Origin: Rebecca billardiae RCC1528
Taxonomy: Eukaryota > Protista > Haptophyta
Reading direction: 5' to 3'
Assembly: GCA_965240325.2 (NCBI GenBank)
Contig: OZ251223.1
Coordinates: 4,487,644-4,551,643, forward strand
Length of the DNA stretch: 64,000 nucleotides
The notes under the pieces were generated by a model, which was not told where the DNA came from, did no database searches, and saw only the letters and a list, made by a program, of their open reading frames with translations. Both the position numbers and the translations under genes were made by a program. Below are positions 1 to 10,664 of this stretch, piece by piece. The first letter of the stretch is position 1. Every line of letters starts with the position of its first letter.

Positions 1-2566
1 CGGGCTGCTCGCGGACGCCGAGCCCGCCGTCGCGCGCCACGCCGCGCGCGTGCTGTGCGGCGTGTGCGTCGCGGCGGGCGTGGACGAGACCGGCTCGGTG
101 CTGGACGAGGCGGCGGCGCGCAACGCGGCCGAGCTGCTCGCGCCCGCCGCCGCGCAGCTCGGCGCGCGCCTGCTGCCGCTGCTCGCGCCCGGCGCGCCGG
201 CGGGCGTGGCGCACGCGGCGACCGACGCGGCGGGCCTGCTCGGCACCGCCGCGGGCGCGGACGCGCTCGGCGAGGCGCGCGGCGCGCTGCTGCGCGCGCT
301 CAGCGAGCGCATCCACGCGCCGGCCGGCTCGGCGCGCGCCGCGGCGATCGAGGCGGCGGGCGCACTCTCCGCCACCTCCGCCGCGCTCGCCGCCACGGAC
401 GGCTGTGCGCTGCTGGGCGCGCTGCCGCCGCTGCTCGCGGAGGCGGAGGCGCGCGGCGCGGACGACCTCGCCGAGCTCCACGCCGCGGCGTACGCCGCGG
501 CTGCGCACGTGGCGCGCGCGCTCGGCGCCTCCATCGAGCCATCGGTGCTGGGCGCGGCGCTCGGGCGCGCGCTGAGCGCGGCGGCCGCGCCGGTGGAGGT
601 GCGCGTGGAGACGCTGAGCGAGGAGGAGGCGGCGGCGGCGGAGGAGGCGGAGGAGGGCGACGAGGAGGGCGCGGGCGCGCTGGGCGGCTGGACCTCCACC
701 GTGCTCAAGTGCGGCGGTGGTGCGCGCGCGCTGCGCCCGAGCGCCGCACCTCCGCCCGTGTGCGCGCGCGCCCCCTCTCTCTCGCGCGGTGCGCGCGCCG
801 CCCCGCGCCTCAGCCGCCCGCGCTCCGCCGCGGCCCTGCCGTCGCCCCTGCGCCGCGGCGCAGGCGTGTTCAAGCGCGTCTGCGTGAACGAGGCGGGCGC
901 GGAGGCGAAGCAGGCCGCGCTGTGCGCGCTGCACACCCTCGCCGAGCACACGGGCGCGGCGTTCTGGCCGCACGCGGCGCGCGCGATGGCGGTGCTGATG
1001 GCGGACGAGGAGGGCTGCGCGCCCGGCTGCGGGCTGGCCGGGTACAAGCCGCTGCCCGCGGTGCGGCGCGACGCGGCGTTCGGCCACGCGGAGCTCAACA
1101 AGGCGGCCGCCGCCGCGCTCCGCGCCGGCGCCGCCTCCGCGGCCGAGGTTTGCGCGATGGCGGAGGCGTCCGCGCGCACGCTGGGCGCGCAGCTCGCGCG
1201 CGAGCAGGACGACGGCGCCGCGTGCGCGCAGCTGTACGCGCTCAAGGTGCGGCGCGCGCGCCGCCCAGCGCGCAGCGCGCGCGCACCGCGGCCTCGCCCG
1301 CGCTCACGCCGCGCGCCTCCTGCCCCCTGCTGTGTGCGTGCGCAGGAGATCGTGCTGGGCGCGCACGGCTGCGGCGCGCACGGCGTGGGCCTGGGCGCGG
1401 CCACGCTCAACGGCTGCGTGCTCGAGCCCGCGCGCGCGGTGCTGCGGCGCAGCGCGGTGGTCCGGACGCTCGCCACCACCGCCAAGCAGCTCGGCGCCGC
1501 CGCCGCCGCCAAGGCCGCCGGCGCGTCCGCGTCCGCCGCCGCCGCGGCGGGCGCCTCCGCCGAGCTGCTCGGCGCGGAGGCGGAGGGCGCGGGCGCGCTG
1601 GACGAGGGCGCGCTCGGCGTGCTGGAGGAGGCCGCGGAGCTCGTGTGCGCGCTGCTGCGCTGCCACGGGCTGGACGGGCTGGCGTGCGCGGAGGGCGTGC
1701 TGCTGCCCGCGCTCGTCTCTCTGCTCTCCGCCGACGACGCCGCCGTGCGCGCGGACGGCGGCGCGGCGCGTCTGCGCGCGGTGGGCGCGTGCGTGGTGCG
1801 CGCGCTGCTCGAGGGCTGCGCGCCGCACCACGCGGCCCTTGGCGCGGCGCCGGCGCCGAGCGGCGCGGGCGCGGCGCCGCGCGCCGCGCCGCTCGGCGCG
1901 GAGCACGCCGCGTCCAAGTACGTGCACGCCGCGCTGCCCGCGCTGCTCGCGATGGCGGCGCCGCCCGAGCGCCACGCCGCCGCGGCGCACGCCGACGCCG
2001 CCGCCGCCGCGCTGCGCGCGCTGGGCGCGGCCGCGGAGCGCGGCGGCAAGCTGCTCACCAACAAGGCGTGCGCGCAGGGCGCGGCGGCGGCGCTGGGCTG
2101 GCTGCAGCGGCCGGGCGCGTTCGACCGCACCTGCCACGCCGCGTGCTCCGCCGCGACGCTCGCGCTCGGCTCGCTGCTCGCGTGCCGCGGCCGCGCGCTG
2201 CCCGAGAGCGGCGGCGCGCTGCTCGAGTTTGGGCGCGCGCTGCCGCAGCTGCGCGCGCTGGAGGACGTGCCGTGCGGCGCGCGGCTGCTGTGCGCGCTGG
2301 CGGAGGGCGAGGAGGCGGGGCGCGCGCTGGCGGGCGCGCTCGAGGCGCAGGGCGACGCGCTGCTGCCGTGCCTCCTCGCCGCGCTCGCGCGCACGCTCGG
2401 CGCGTGCGCGGCGGACGACGCGCCCCTGTGCGCGCGCGCGGGCGCGCTCGCCAAGCGGCTCGCCGACGGCGCGGGCTCGGAGCGGCTGGCCGCGCTCGCG
2501 GCCGCGGGCGCGCTCAGCGCCGAGCAGCAGCAGCTGCTCGCCACCGCCGTCGCCGCGGCCAACTGA
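1..2566 (+). CDS. HEAT/ARM-repeat protein, importin-beta (importin-4/5)-like; 5' end lies outside the window; introns ~720-863 and 1247-1345
   Basis: Long Ala/Leu-rich helical-repeat frame with an acidic loop (EEEAAAAEEAEEGDEE) followed by EAKQAALCALHTLAEHTGAAFWPH, reminiscent of karyopherin-beta. Two in-frame GT..AG introns remove Arg/Pro-rich segments. Confidence 0.55.
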   Translation, partial: GLLADAEPAVARHAARVLCGVCVAAGVDETGSVLDEAAARNAAELLAPAAAQLGARLLPLLAPGAPAGVAHAATDAAGLLGTAAGADALGEARGALLRALSERIHAPAGSARAAAIEAAGALSATSAALAATDGCALLGALPPLLAEAEARGADDLAELHAAAYAAAAHVARALGASIEPSVLGAALGRALSAAAAPVEVRVETLSEEEAAAAEEAEEGDEEGAGALGGWTSTVLKCGGGARALRPSAAPPPVCARAPSLSRGARAAPRLSRPRSAAALPSPLRRGAGVFKRVCVNEAGAEAKQAALCALHTLAEHTGAAFWPHAARAMAVLMADEEGCAPGCGLAGYKPLPAVRRDAAFGHAELNKAAAAALRAGAASAAEVCAMAEASARTLGAQLAREQDDGAACAQLYALKVRRARRPARSARAPRPRPRSRRAPPAPCCVRAQEIVLGAHGCGAHGVGLGAATLNGCVLEPARAVLRRSAVVRTLATTAKQLGAAAAAKAAGASASAAAAAGASAELLGAEAEGAGALDEGALGVLEEAAELVCALLRCHGLDGLACAEGVLLPALVSLLSADDAAVRADGGAARLRAVGACVVRALLEGCAPHHAALGAAPAPSGAGAAPRAAPLGAEHAASKYVHAALPALLAMAAPPERHAAAAHADAAAAALRALGAAAERGGKLLTNKACAQGAAAALGWLQRPGAFDRTCHAACSAATLALGSLLACRGRALPESGGALLEFGRALPQLRALEDVPCGARLLCALAEGEEAGRALAGALEAQGDALLPCLLAALARTLGACAADDAPLCARAGALAKRLADGAGSERLAALAAAGALSAEQQQLLATAVAAAN

Positions 2567-2663
2567 GCGCCCGGGCCGGGGCGGCGGCCCGGAGCGCGCG
2601 AGCCGCCGACGCACCGACGCATGCAGGGGGGGAGCAGGGGGGGGCTGTAACGGGGAGGGCGCT

Positions 2664-2696
<33 letters not shown>

Positions 2697-3591
2697 AGCA
2701 CGCGGCGACGCGCGGCGCGCAGGGCGGGCGGCGGGTGGCGAGAAGTGGCGGGGAGAGGGAGTGTGCACACCTCAGGGCGGGCAGGGGGGAGCTGGCGGGA
2801 CACGGCCGCCTGGTCGCTCGTGGGCGGCGCAGGCGGTACCGCGCCCGCGCGGCCCGCATGTTTCGGCGCTGCGAGCTCACGGGCCTAATCGTCGGACCCT
2901 CGGGCTTGGGCCGCTCGGGGCTCGGGCGGCAGCCGGCCAGTTGGCGAATTATAGTACTACGACTACAGTCTACACTACGGACTCGTCACTCGTCACTCAG
3001 CAGTCTCAGCACGGGCGGTCGGACGACTGCCATTCCGCCCGCGCCGGGAGTGTGCGGGCCGGGCCCGGCCCCGTCGGCCCCGCGCCGGCCCCCGGGCCGG
3101 GCCGGGCCCGGGCGGCCCGGACGGACTCGGACGGGGCGGCCCGGGCCCCGGCGGCCCGCCGCCCCGCCGGGCCGCCGGCGCGGCCGGCGGCCGGCATCGT
3201 CATCGTGCTGATGCTGAGAGAGAGAGAGAGTAGAGAGAGAGATATGCAGCATCGTCATCATCAGCATCGACTCGTCTGCATGCAGCATGGCGACCTCGTC
3301 GGACGATAGCGTCGTCGGCGGTAGCGCGCATCATGCATCAGCGCGCAGGCATATGCTTATTGGCGCGTCACATCCGCCGTGATCCGCCGACTCCGAGGGC
3401 GGCTTCCGACTCCGAGGTGCCCAGCCCCACCGCCACCACCACCCGCCACCGCCCACCGGGCCCGGCAGCCGGCGCCGCCGCGCCGCGGTCCGCCGAGTTC
3501 GTGCTCCACTGATGGGGAGAGGCGTGCGAGCGGCTTTGCCAGCCGCTAGCACTCCCTGCAGGCCTGCAGCCGCTCCTCACCGAGGGCCCAG

Positions 3592-4413
3592 TCACGAGGG
3601 CGGCGCTGAGGCGGGGGCTGAGCCGGGGGCGGGCTCGTCGTGCGCGGCGGCGGCGTCGGCGTCGTGGGCCGCTGTGGCGACGGGCGCGATGTACACGGCG
3701 ATGCTTCGCCTCGGCGGCGCCGCCCGCGCCGTCTGCGCACCGAGCGCGCCCGTCGCGCGCGCTGCGGCGCGCGGCGTGGTGCGGTGCGCGCCCGTGTCCG
3801 AGCGCGCGGTCAGGCTGCCCGCGGGCGGCCGGCCCTCGACGCCCAGCTCCGCGGCGGTGGCGATCACGTGGTCGGAGCGCAGGAGGTCGATCGCGCTCCG
3901 CATGACGGCCTTTGCGTTGGACGCCGGCGACGTGGCGCGCGGCGGCGACGTCGGCGCCTGCCGCGGCGACGGTCTGCGCGCGCTGCTGCGCGGGTGTGCG
4001 GGCGAGACAAACACTCGCTGCTGCATCGGCCCTGGGGGGGCGCGCACGGCAGAGCCGGGGCGGAGGGGCTGGCGCGAGGCGCCCGGCTCGAGGCGGCGCG
4101 CTTGCAGGATGGCCAGGTCGCCACGCTGCATCGAGAGCCACGCCTGCCACTCGCTCACGATCTCGTCCTCGACGAGCGACTCGGCCTCCGGCTCGTCCCG
4201 CTCGTCCCAGCCGCGCTCGGAGCGCTGGGAGCGCTGGGAGCGCGGGGTCGAGGGCGGCGGCGCGGCCGGCGTGCCGTGCGTTCTGCCCTCGCGGTGTACG
4301 TACGGGGAGACCCAGGCGCTGCCATCCCGCGGCGTGCGCGCGCGCGACGAGCCCCCCGCGCGCGGGGGCTGCGACGACGCCCAGCGCGCCTGCCGCGGCT
4401 GGGCGGAGGCCAT
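3592..4413 (-). CDS. hypothetical protein (MASAQPRQARW...)
   Basis: ATG-initiated frame with a non-junk acidic/aromatic stretch (EPEAESLVEDEIVSEWQAWLSMQRGDLAILQ). Divergent from the selenoprotein gene. No recognisable domain. Confidence 0.4.
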   Translation of the reverse strand: MASAQPRQARWASSQPPRAGGSSRARTPRDGSAWVSPYVHREGRTHGTPAAPPPSTPRSQRSQRSERGWDERDEPEAESLVEDEIVSEWQAWLSMQRGDLAILQARRLEPGASRQPLRPGSAVRAPPGPMQQRVFVSPAHPRSSARRPSPRQAPTSPPRATSPASNAKAVMRSAIDLLRSDHVIATAAELGVEGRPPAGSLTARSDTGAHRTTPRAAARATGALGAQTARAAPPRRSIAVYIAPVATAAHDADAAAAHDEPAPGSAPASAPPS

Positions 4414-4569
4414 GGCGCCCAGCCGGAGCCGTTGCTGCGCTCGAACCGAGCGACAGCTGATGAACAGGTCTGCAGTTCTCCGCACACGGCCGGGGAGCGC
4501 CCGGACTCGCAGATTTTCACTCATCCGATCGAGGGGGGCGGCCACCCCTTCGTCGCGGCCAGCGTGGCC

Positions 4570-5283
4570 ATGCCGTACGTGGACAAGCACGGGCGCGTGC
4601 AGCAGGGCGCGGCGGGCTCGTCGCGCCGCGGGCTGACGAGCCAGCAGCGCACCGCGCTGAGCATCTGCGCCGTGCTCGTGCTGCCCTCGCTCGCGCTGCG
4701 CTCCTTCAACGCGTGGCGGCGCGACGAGAAGGTCGACCTCTCGGCGTTTGCGGTGAGCGCGCAGCCCTTCGACACGCCCGCCATCGAGAAGGTGGACGGC
4801 ACGGTGCGCATCGAGTTCTGCATGAGCTGACAGGTGAAGGGGCAGTTCGCTCGCGTCGCGAACGAGCTGCGCTCCGCGGCGCCGCAGGTGCCGCTCGCCG
4901 CCGCCGCGTACGTGCCGCCCGTGCGCGTGCAGGCGGCCGTCAAGGCCGTGCGCGCGGCGCAGGTGGTCGCGCTCACGGCGTACGTCTTCGGCGAGCAGCT
5001 GCTGCCCGCCACGCCGCGCGTGCACACGCTGCTCGCCACCGCGCGCGAGCAGCGCTTCCCCCTCGGCCTCGCCCTCTACGTCTCGCACCTGGGCTGCGAG
5101 CTCGCGTACTCGAGCTCCGCGTTCGAGGTCACGTGGAACGGGGCGGTGCTCTTCTCCAAGCTGAAGGAGGGGCGCTTCCCGAGGCCGGGGGAGATCGCGG
5201 AGAAGGTGGAGGCCGCCCTCGCCGCGCAGAAGGGCGCGCTCGTCGCGCTCGACGCGGGCGAGGACGACGCGGCCGCCGTGTAG
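4570..5283 (+). CDS. SELENOT: Selenoprotein T-like (Rdx family) protein; in-frame TGA at 4828-4830 read as Sec in a CxxU motif
   Basis: ...VRIEFCMS-TGA-QVKGQF... stays in frame to FEVTWNGAVLFSKLKEGRFP, the SelT/SelW C-terminal motif. N-terminal hydrophobic anchor, internal hydrophobic segment typical of SelT, and a SECIS downstream. Confidence 0.9.
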
Positions 5284-5377
5284 GCCGCTGTAGGCCGCGC
5301 CACGCCCGCGGCGCACGCGCCGGGGCGTGGCGCGTGCGCTAGGCGCGCGGGGAGAGGGGAGCGGCGCGAGACACGTG

Positions 5378-5458
5378 AGCGCCCGCAGACATGACGGGCC
5401 CGCCGCAAAGCGCCGATACGCGCGCCAGGCGGATGCCCTGACCGCACGAGCGGTCGCT
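5378..5458 (+). promoter_or_regulatory. SECIS element (type II) in the 3' UTR of the selenoprotein gene
   Basis: ATGA at 5391, stem GGGC-CCGCC, apical AAA, mini-helix GCGC..GCGC, return stem GGCGG-ATGCCC, then TGAC at 5439. This is the canonical AUGA-AA-GA geometry. Confidence 0.85.
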
Positions 5459-5862
5459 GCAGGCGCGAGGCCCGGCCTCGGCGTGCGCGCGGCGGCTGCG
5501 CCGTCCCAGGGCCCGGAGCCCGCGGGGGCGGCGCACGCAGCCGCGCGCGCGCGCCACGAGGCAGGGCCCCGCCAGCAGCACCGCGCGGGCCTCACGGGTT
5601 CGCCGCTCCCCGGCTGCTAGTGTTTGAGCCGAGCTCGGTCCTCCGGTGCTCGAGATACGCCATTCGCAGGACTCCCATTGCCACCGAAGTTGAGACACGT
5701 ACTACGTTCAGTGTACACTGAGTCGTACGTACCCGGTAATAGTGTGCTGAAACCGCCCGGACGGCGGCCGGTGGCGAGCGGCAGTCGGCACGTCCGCCGA
5801 GCCTCCGCGGGGTCTCACTTGGACCGCCAGCCTCTTGCGCCCGCGCCCGCGGCTGGATCAGC

Positions 5863-6774
5863 ATGGCGGCGACGCGCTTCGTGCTTGTGACGGGCGGGAA
5901 CAAGGGGATCGGCTATGCCATCTGCGAGCGGCTGCTGGCGGAGCACGCGGACACGCACGTCTTCCTGGGCGCGCGCGATGCGGCGCGTGGGCAGGCGGCG
6001 GCCGACAAGCTCGGCGCGAGCGCGGCTGGGCGGGTGGCGTTCGTCCAGATCGACGTCGGGTCGGACGCGTCGGTGAGCGCGGCCGCGGAGGCGGTGAAGG
6101 CCAAGCTCGGCGGCGAGAAGCTGTACGGCATCGTGCACAACGCCGGGCTCTTCACCGGCTCGAAGCTGAGCGAGGTGCTCTCGGTGAACGTGCGCGGGCC
6201 GATGCGCGTCACGCGCGCGTTCGAGCCGCTCCTGCGCGCCGAGGGCGGGCGCGTGGTGGTCGTGTCCTCGGCGTCGGGGCCCAACTTCGTCGCCGCGAGC
6301 AAGGTGCCCGAGACGGTGGCGCGCCTCACCGACGCCAAGCTCAGCCTGGCGCAGGCGAGTGCGATGGCGGACGAGTGCGAGGCGCTGGCGGCCGCGGGCG
6401 CGGACGGCTCCGCCTTCCTCGCCAAGGGGTACGGCTCGGGCATGATGGGCGAGATGGAGGGGTACGGGCTGTCGAAGGCGCTCGTCAACGCGTACACGCT
6501 CGCCCTCGCGCACGAGCGCCCCGCCCTGCTCGTCTCCGCGTGCACGCCCGGCTTCATCGAGACCGACCTCACGCGCGGCTTTGCGATCGCGCAGGGCCAG
6601 ACGCCGCAGGAGATGGGGATGAAGAGCCCGCACGAGGGCGCGAGCGCGCCGCTGCACTGCCTGATCGCCGAGCTGCCTGGCTCGGGGCTGTACTGGGGCT
6701 CCGACTGCAAGCGCTCCCCGCTGCACAAGTACCGCGGCCCGGGCGAGCCCGAGTACACGGGCACCGACCAGTAA
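5863..6774 (+). CDS. short-chain dehydrogenase/reductase (carbonyl reductase-like)
   Basis: VTGGNKGIG Rossmann motif, HNAG, VSS, catalytic YGLSK, PGFIETDL. No introns. Confidence 0.9.
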   Translation: MAATRFVLVTGGNKGIGYAICERLLAEHADTHVFLGARDAARGQAAADKLGASAAGRVAFVQIDVGSDASVSAAAEAVKAKLGGEKLYGIVHNAGLFTGSKLSEVLSVNVRGPMRVTRAFEPLLRAEGGRVVVVSSASGPNFVAASKVPETVARLTDAKLSLAQASAMADECEALAAAGADGSAFLAKGYGSGMMGEMEGYGLSKALVNAYTLALAHERPALLVSACTPGFIETDLTRGFAIAQGQTPQEMGMKSPHEGASAPLHCLIAELPGSGLYWGSDCKRSPLHKYRGPGEPEYTGTDQ

Positions 6775-7479
6775 TTAGTGATGCGCGCGCGCGGACCGTC
6801 CCGAGACGCTCTGAGGACAACTGGACAATCGTCTAGGCTGCTACGGACACGGTGCAGCAGTGGTCAACGGGCACGGACGTAAAAGACGGCGGACCGTGTC
6901 GATTGCCGCGGCGGTGTCCGCCGCATCATGCAGCGGGTCCACGGGCACGGCCCGGCGTCGCGGCGGAGCCGGAGTGCATGACGGCAGGCGGTGATGCTGC
7001 GGATGGCGACCGACGGTGACGGCACGGCCGTGCTTGAAGTTAAAGTGATGCTGATGATGATAATGATTACGTACTACGACTTGCTTACTGCGCGATTTAC
7101 GACGCGAGGTCGCGAGCAGCTATAGCAGGCCGGCGTGATCCGCGGTGATCGACAATCAGACCGGCGCGGCGCGATACCGTGATGTATCTGGTCACGGCGC
7201 CGGCAGTCGGCGGCCCTGCTCGCGGCGCCGAGTGCTGGTGACCGCACAGGCGGCACCCTGCCGCAGCACAGCCGTCGTAGGCCGTAGCTGAGCAACCTCG
7301 TGCTCGCAGACGAACCAACCTCCGAGCGGCAGGCGGGCAGGGCGGCTGCGCCTGAGGCGGCATGATCCGGGTCCGCAGCCTGATCCGGGTACAGACACTC
7401 GTCAGCACGCGAGCCGTGCGTCGGGCAGCGCCAGCTGATCGCGCCCCGATGGCACCGGCGCCCCGCCGCTGGCGCGCGC

Positions 7480-8319
7480 TCAGCCCTTGAGCTGCTTGCA
7501 CAGCCAGTCGAGCCCCTCGAAGAGCCCGTCGCCCGTGGCTGCGCTGCACGCCTGGATGTGCCACGCGTGCCCCTGGATCTCCTCCAGCCCGAGCGCCTCG
7601 CAGATGGCGTACACGTCGGCCGCGCCCGCCATGTCCTGCTTGTTGGCGAGCACGAGCACCGACGCCGCCTCCATCTCGGGAAGCGCGAGCATCTGCTGCA
7701 GCTCCGAGCCTGCGCGCCGCGCGATGCGCGCGCGAGCGGCGCCGCGTGAGGCGGGCGCGCGCTGGCCGAGCCCGGCGGCGCGCGGCGCGCACCAGCCTCC
7801 TCGAGGCGGTCCTTGTCGTTGGAGTCCACGACGAAGATGAGCGAGTCCGTGTTTCGGCAGTAGTGCCGCCACAGGGGGCGGATCTTCTCCTGGCCGCCCA
7901 CGTCCCACACCGTCATCTCGAGGTTGCGGTACTTGAGGCTCTCCGCGTTGAAGCCGATCGTGGGCGCGGTCGTGATGTACTTGTTGAGCTTCAGCCTGTA
8001 GAGCACTGCGCGGGGCGCGGCGGGGGAGGGGTCGAGTGGCCGCGGGCGTGTTGGCGCGCCGCGCAGCAGGCGTGCTCGCCGATGGGTCGCGCGCTCGACG
8101 TGCGCGCTGGCTCGCGCGCGCGCGGCGCGGGCGGGCGTGCGGACCGGTGGTCTTGCCCGAGCCGTCCAGGCCGAGCATGAGGATGCGCACGTTGCGGTTC
8201 AGGACGAGCGCGCCAAGGATCTTTGAGAACGCCGAGCCGCCCTCCGCCACGCCCGCCAACGTGGCGAGCGCGACGAACGTGGCGAGTATCAAGCGCCGCG
8301 CGACACGTGTCGTCGCCAT
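7480..8319 (-). CDS. ARF/ARL-family small GTPase with an N-terminal hydrophobic leader; introns 8006-8144 and 7710-7792
   Basis: Spliced product contains [35 protein letters not shown] and GLFEGLDWL. Both GT..AG introns restore the frame. Confidence 0.9.
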   Translation of the reverse strand: MATTRVARRLILATFVALATLAGVAEGGSAFSKILGALVLNRNVRILMLGLDGSGKTTGPHARPRRARASQRARRARDPSASTPAARRANTPAATRPLPRRAPRSALQAEAQQVHHDRAHDRLQRGEPQVPQPRDDGVGRGRPGEDPPPVAALLPKHGLAHLRRGLQRQGPPRGGWCAPRAAGLGQRAPASRGAARARIARRAGSELQQMLALPEMEAASVLVLANKQDMAGAADVYAICEALGLEEIQGHAWHIQACSAATGDGLFEGLDWLCKQLKG

Positions 8320-8634
8320 CGTCAATGACCGTCGTCGCGTGAACCACCGGACGCGTCATCGGCGGCGGCGGGCGGCGGTGCCTAGAAATGCTTTTTCTGC
8401 CATCAACAAATCGAATTCTGGGCAGATTGTCGATTCTTCCGGAGATGACGATTTCCCAGATTCCCTCCCTCCCTGGCCAGCGCGCAAACACTGAAACGCG
8501 GTCCGCGAAGACCATGATTAGAGCGAATGAACGCTTTGCCGGCCAAAGTTCAGCGTGACCCTTGTCATGAGGCGGTCCACTCCCTCGGCGACGCACGTCC
8601 TCCCAGGTCAAGGGGCTGCGTAGCGCACGCCCGG

Positions 8635-10101
8635 ATGCACGGCGGGCCGGATGACATGCCGCCGCGGCGGAGGGCGTTGCTGCTCCTCGCGGCGGCCGTT
8701 TCGATCGTGGCGCTCTCGGGGGCCGTCTTCGGCTGGCCCGCCATGCGCCGCATCGCGCGGCGCGACGGGCTGCTCGTGGACACGTGCGACGCCGCGCACG
8801 ACGCTGACACGGACGAGCCGTGCCCCGCGCAGGAGCTGGCGTTCGGCGTGATCTACACGGTGGGCTCGTGGGCCAACCAGGCTGCCCGGCTGCCCGTCGG
8901 CGCGCTCCTCGACCGCGTCGGCCCGAGGCGCACGGTGCTGCTCGCCGCGCTCACGTTTGCGGCCGGCTCGGTCGTGTTTGGGTTTGACAGCTCGCTCGGC
9001 GGGCTGGCGCTCGGGTACGGGCTGATCGGGATGGGCGGCGCGGGGATCCAGCTCGCGGTGCAGTCGACGTCGGCCCTGTTCCCGCGCAACCGCTCCGCCG
9101 CGATGGCGACCCTCTCGGGCGCCTTCCAGTTCTCGTCGCTCGTGTACTTGCTGTTTGAGGGCGCGCACGGCGCGCTCGGCCTCAGCCGCGCGGCGCTCAT
9201 GACGGGGCACGCGCTGGTGGCGACCGTCGTCGGGGGCGCGGGGCTGTGCCTGTGGCGCGACACGCCGTTCGGCCTGCGCGCGCCGCGCGCGGCCGCCGCG
9301 CCCGCCGCCGCCGCCGCGCCGAGCGCGAGCGCGGCGAGTGCGGCCCTGCTCGAGGCGGGCTCCTTCCGGCAGCAGGCGCTGTCCGCCGAGTACGCGCTGA
9401 TGCTCGCCTTCTTCTGCCTGCACATGCTGCCGGCGCAGTTCACCGTGGGCACGATGGGCACGCAGCTCGAGCTCAAGGGCGACTCGGACGGCGCCGCCAC
9501 GCGCGGGTACGCCACCATCTTCGCCGCGTCCGCGCTGATCACGCCGGGCGTCGGCCACCTGATCGACCGGCTCGGCTTCCCCGCGATGATGGTGGCGGTC
9601 ACGCTCGCGCTCGCGGGGAGCTACGCCATCCTGATCGCGCCGTCGCTCGAGGCGCAGTGGGCGGCGTTCGTGCTCTACGCGTGCGGCCGCGTCTCGCTGT
9701 GGGCCATCTTCTTCTCGTACGTCGGCGTGGCGTTTGGGTTCCGCCACTACGGCAAGCTGGCGGGCGGCGGTCTGTTTGTGGGCGCGTGCATCTCGCTGCT
9801 GCAGTACGCGGCGCTCACCGCGACGTTCGGCGAGAGCGGCGGCGACTTTGCGCCGGTGAACGCGGCGTGGTGCGCGCTCGCCCTGCTCTCGCTCGTGCCG
9901 GCCACGCTGCTCGGCCGGCGGATACATCGCGCCGCCGCGGCCGACCGTGCGAGCTCCGCACGGCAGCGGCCCGGCGCGGACAGCGAGCTCGCAGCCGGGC
10001 GGCAGCCCAGCGGCACGCAGCAGCCTGCCGACCTCGGCGGCGGCAGCGCGGACTGGGATGCAGCGGCGCCCGATCGCGCGAAGGCCGACCCGCGCAGGTA
10101 G
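8635..10101 (+). CDS. MFS transporter, SLC43/LAT3-like
   Basis: About 12 hydrophobic segments, the MFS motif GALLDRVGPR and GHLIDRLGF, and an SLC43-like N-terminus (SGAVFGW..C..Q). Confidence 0.8.
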   Translation: MHGGPDDMPPRRRALLLLAAAVSIVALSGAVFGWPAMRRIARRDGLLVDTCDAAHDADTDEPCPAQELAFGVIYTVGSWANQAARLPVGALLDRVGPRRTVLLAALTFAAGSVVFGFDSSLGGLALGYGLIGMGGAGIQLAVQSTSALFPRNRSAAMATLSGAFQFSSLVYLLFEGAHGALGLSRAALMTGHALVATVVGGAGLCLWRDTPFGLRAPRAAAAPAAAAAPSASAASAALLEAGSFRQQALSAEYALMLAFFCLHMLPAQFTVGTMGTQLELKGDSDGAATRGYATIFAASALITPGVGHLIDRLGFPAMMVAVTLALAGSYAILIAPSLEAQWAAFVLYACGRVSLWAIFFSYVGVAFGFRHYGKLAGGGLFVGACISLLQYAALTATFGESGGDFAPVNAAWCALALLSLVPATLLGRRIHRAAAADRASSARQRPGADSELAAGRQPSGTQQPADLGGGSADWDAAAPDRAKADPRR

Positions 10102-10664
10102 CCGCGCGATCCGCGCGGCTGGCCGCCCGCCAGCCCCCGCCTGCTCCCGGATTCGTCGCTGGCACACTCCGGTGTGAGAGCGCTGGGGCCTGGGCGAATG
10201 ACCGCGGGGTGACCGTGCCGCGGCGTACGACTCACATCTGCGCGACGGTCGGTGCGCCTGAGCCTGACGATGGACCCTGATGCATGATATGATGCGGCGA
10301 CGACAACGGACGGTCCATGAAACTCATGAGCAAGGCCGTCGTTGCCGTCCGACACGATCGCTGGCAGGCGACTCTGACAAAAACTAGTCAATAGGCCCTG
10401 CGGCATCAGTCGTCGCTCGGCACGGAGCCCAACCGCGGCAACCGTTCCGCCCCGGGCATTCGCGAACCAACCTGCTGGTCCGGCAGAGAGATTCGACGAC
10501 GACGTTCAGAAGCCTTGACGACGTTTCACCGCTCGAAGTAACGACGACGGCCGGCTTCGTGCCTATGATAAAAATCACATCACGCACGGTTTCGGATCGC
10601 TCCCCGCTTTTCTTGCTGATCGGTCGGGGGAACCAAGGAGTGCGGTGCAGCCGCAGGGCGGCCC

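Noticed and set aside
2940-3330. GGCCC-rich quasi-palindromic intergenic patch as a MITE or ncRNA
   Set aside because: Low complexity, with no definable TIR, TSD or RNA family motif.
4828-4830. TGA as a pseudogenising stop or an alternative genetic code
   Set aside because: The CxxU position and SECIS explain it, and TGA is a normal stop in other genes here.
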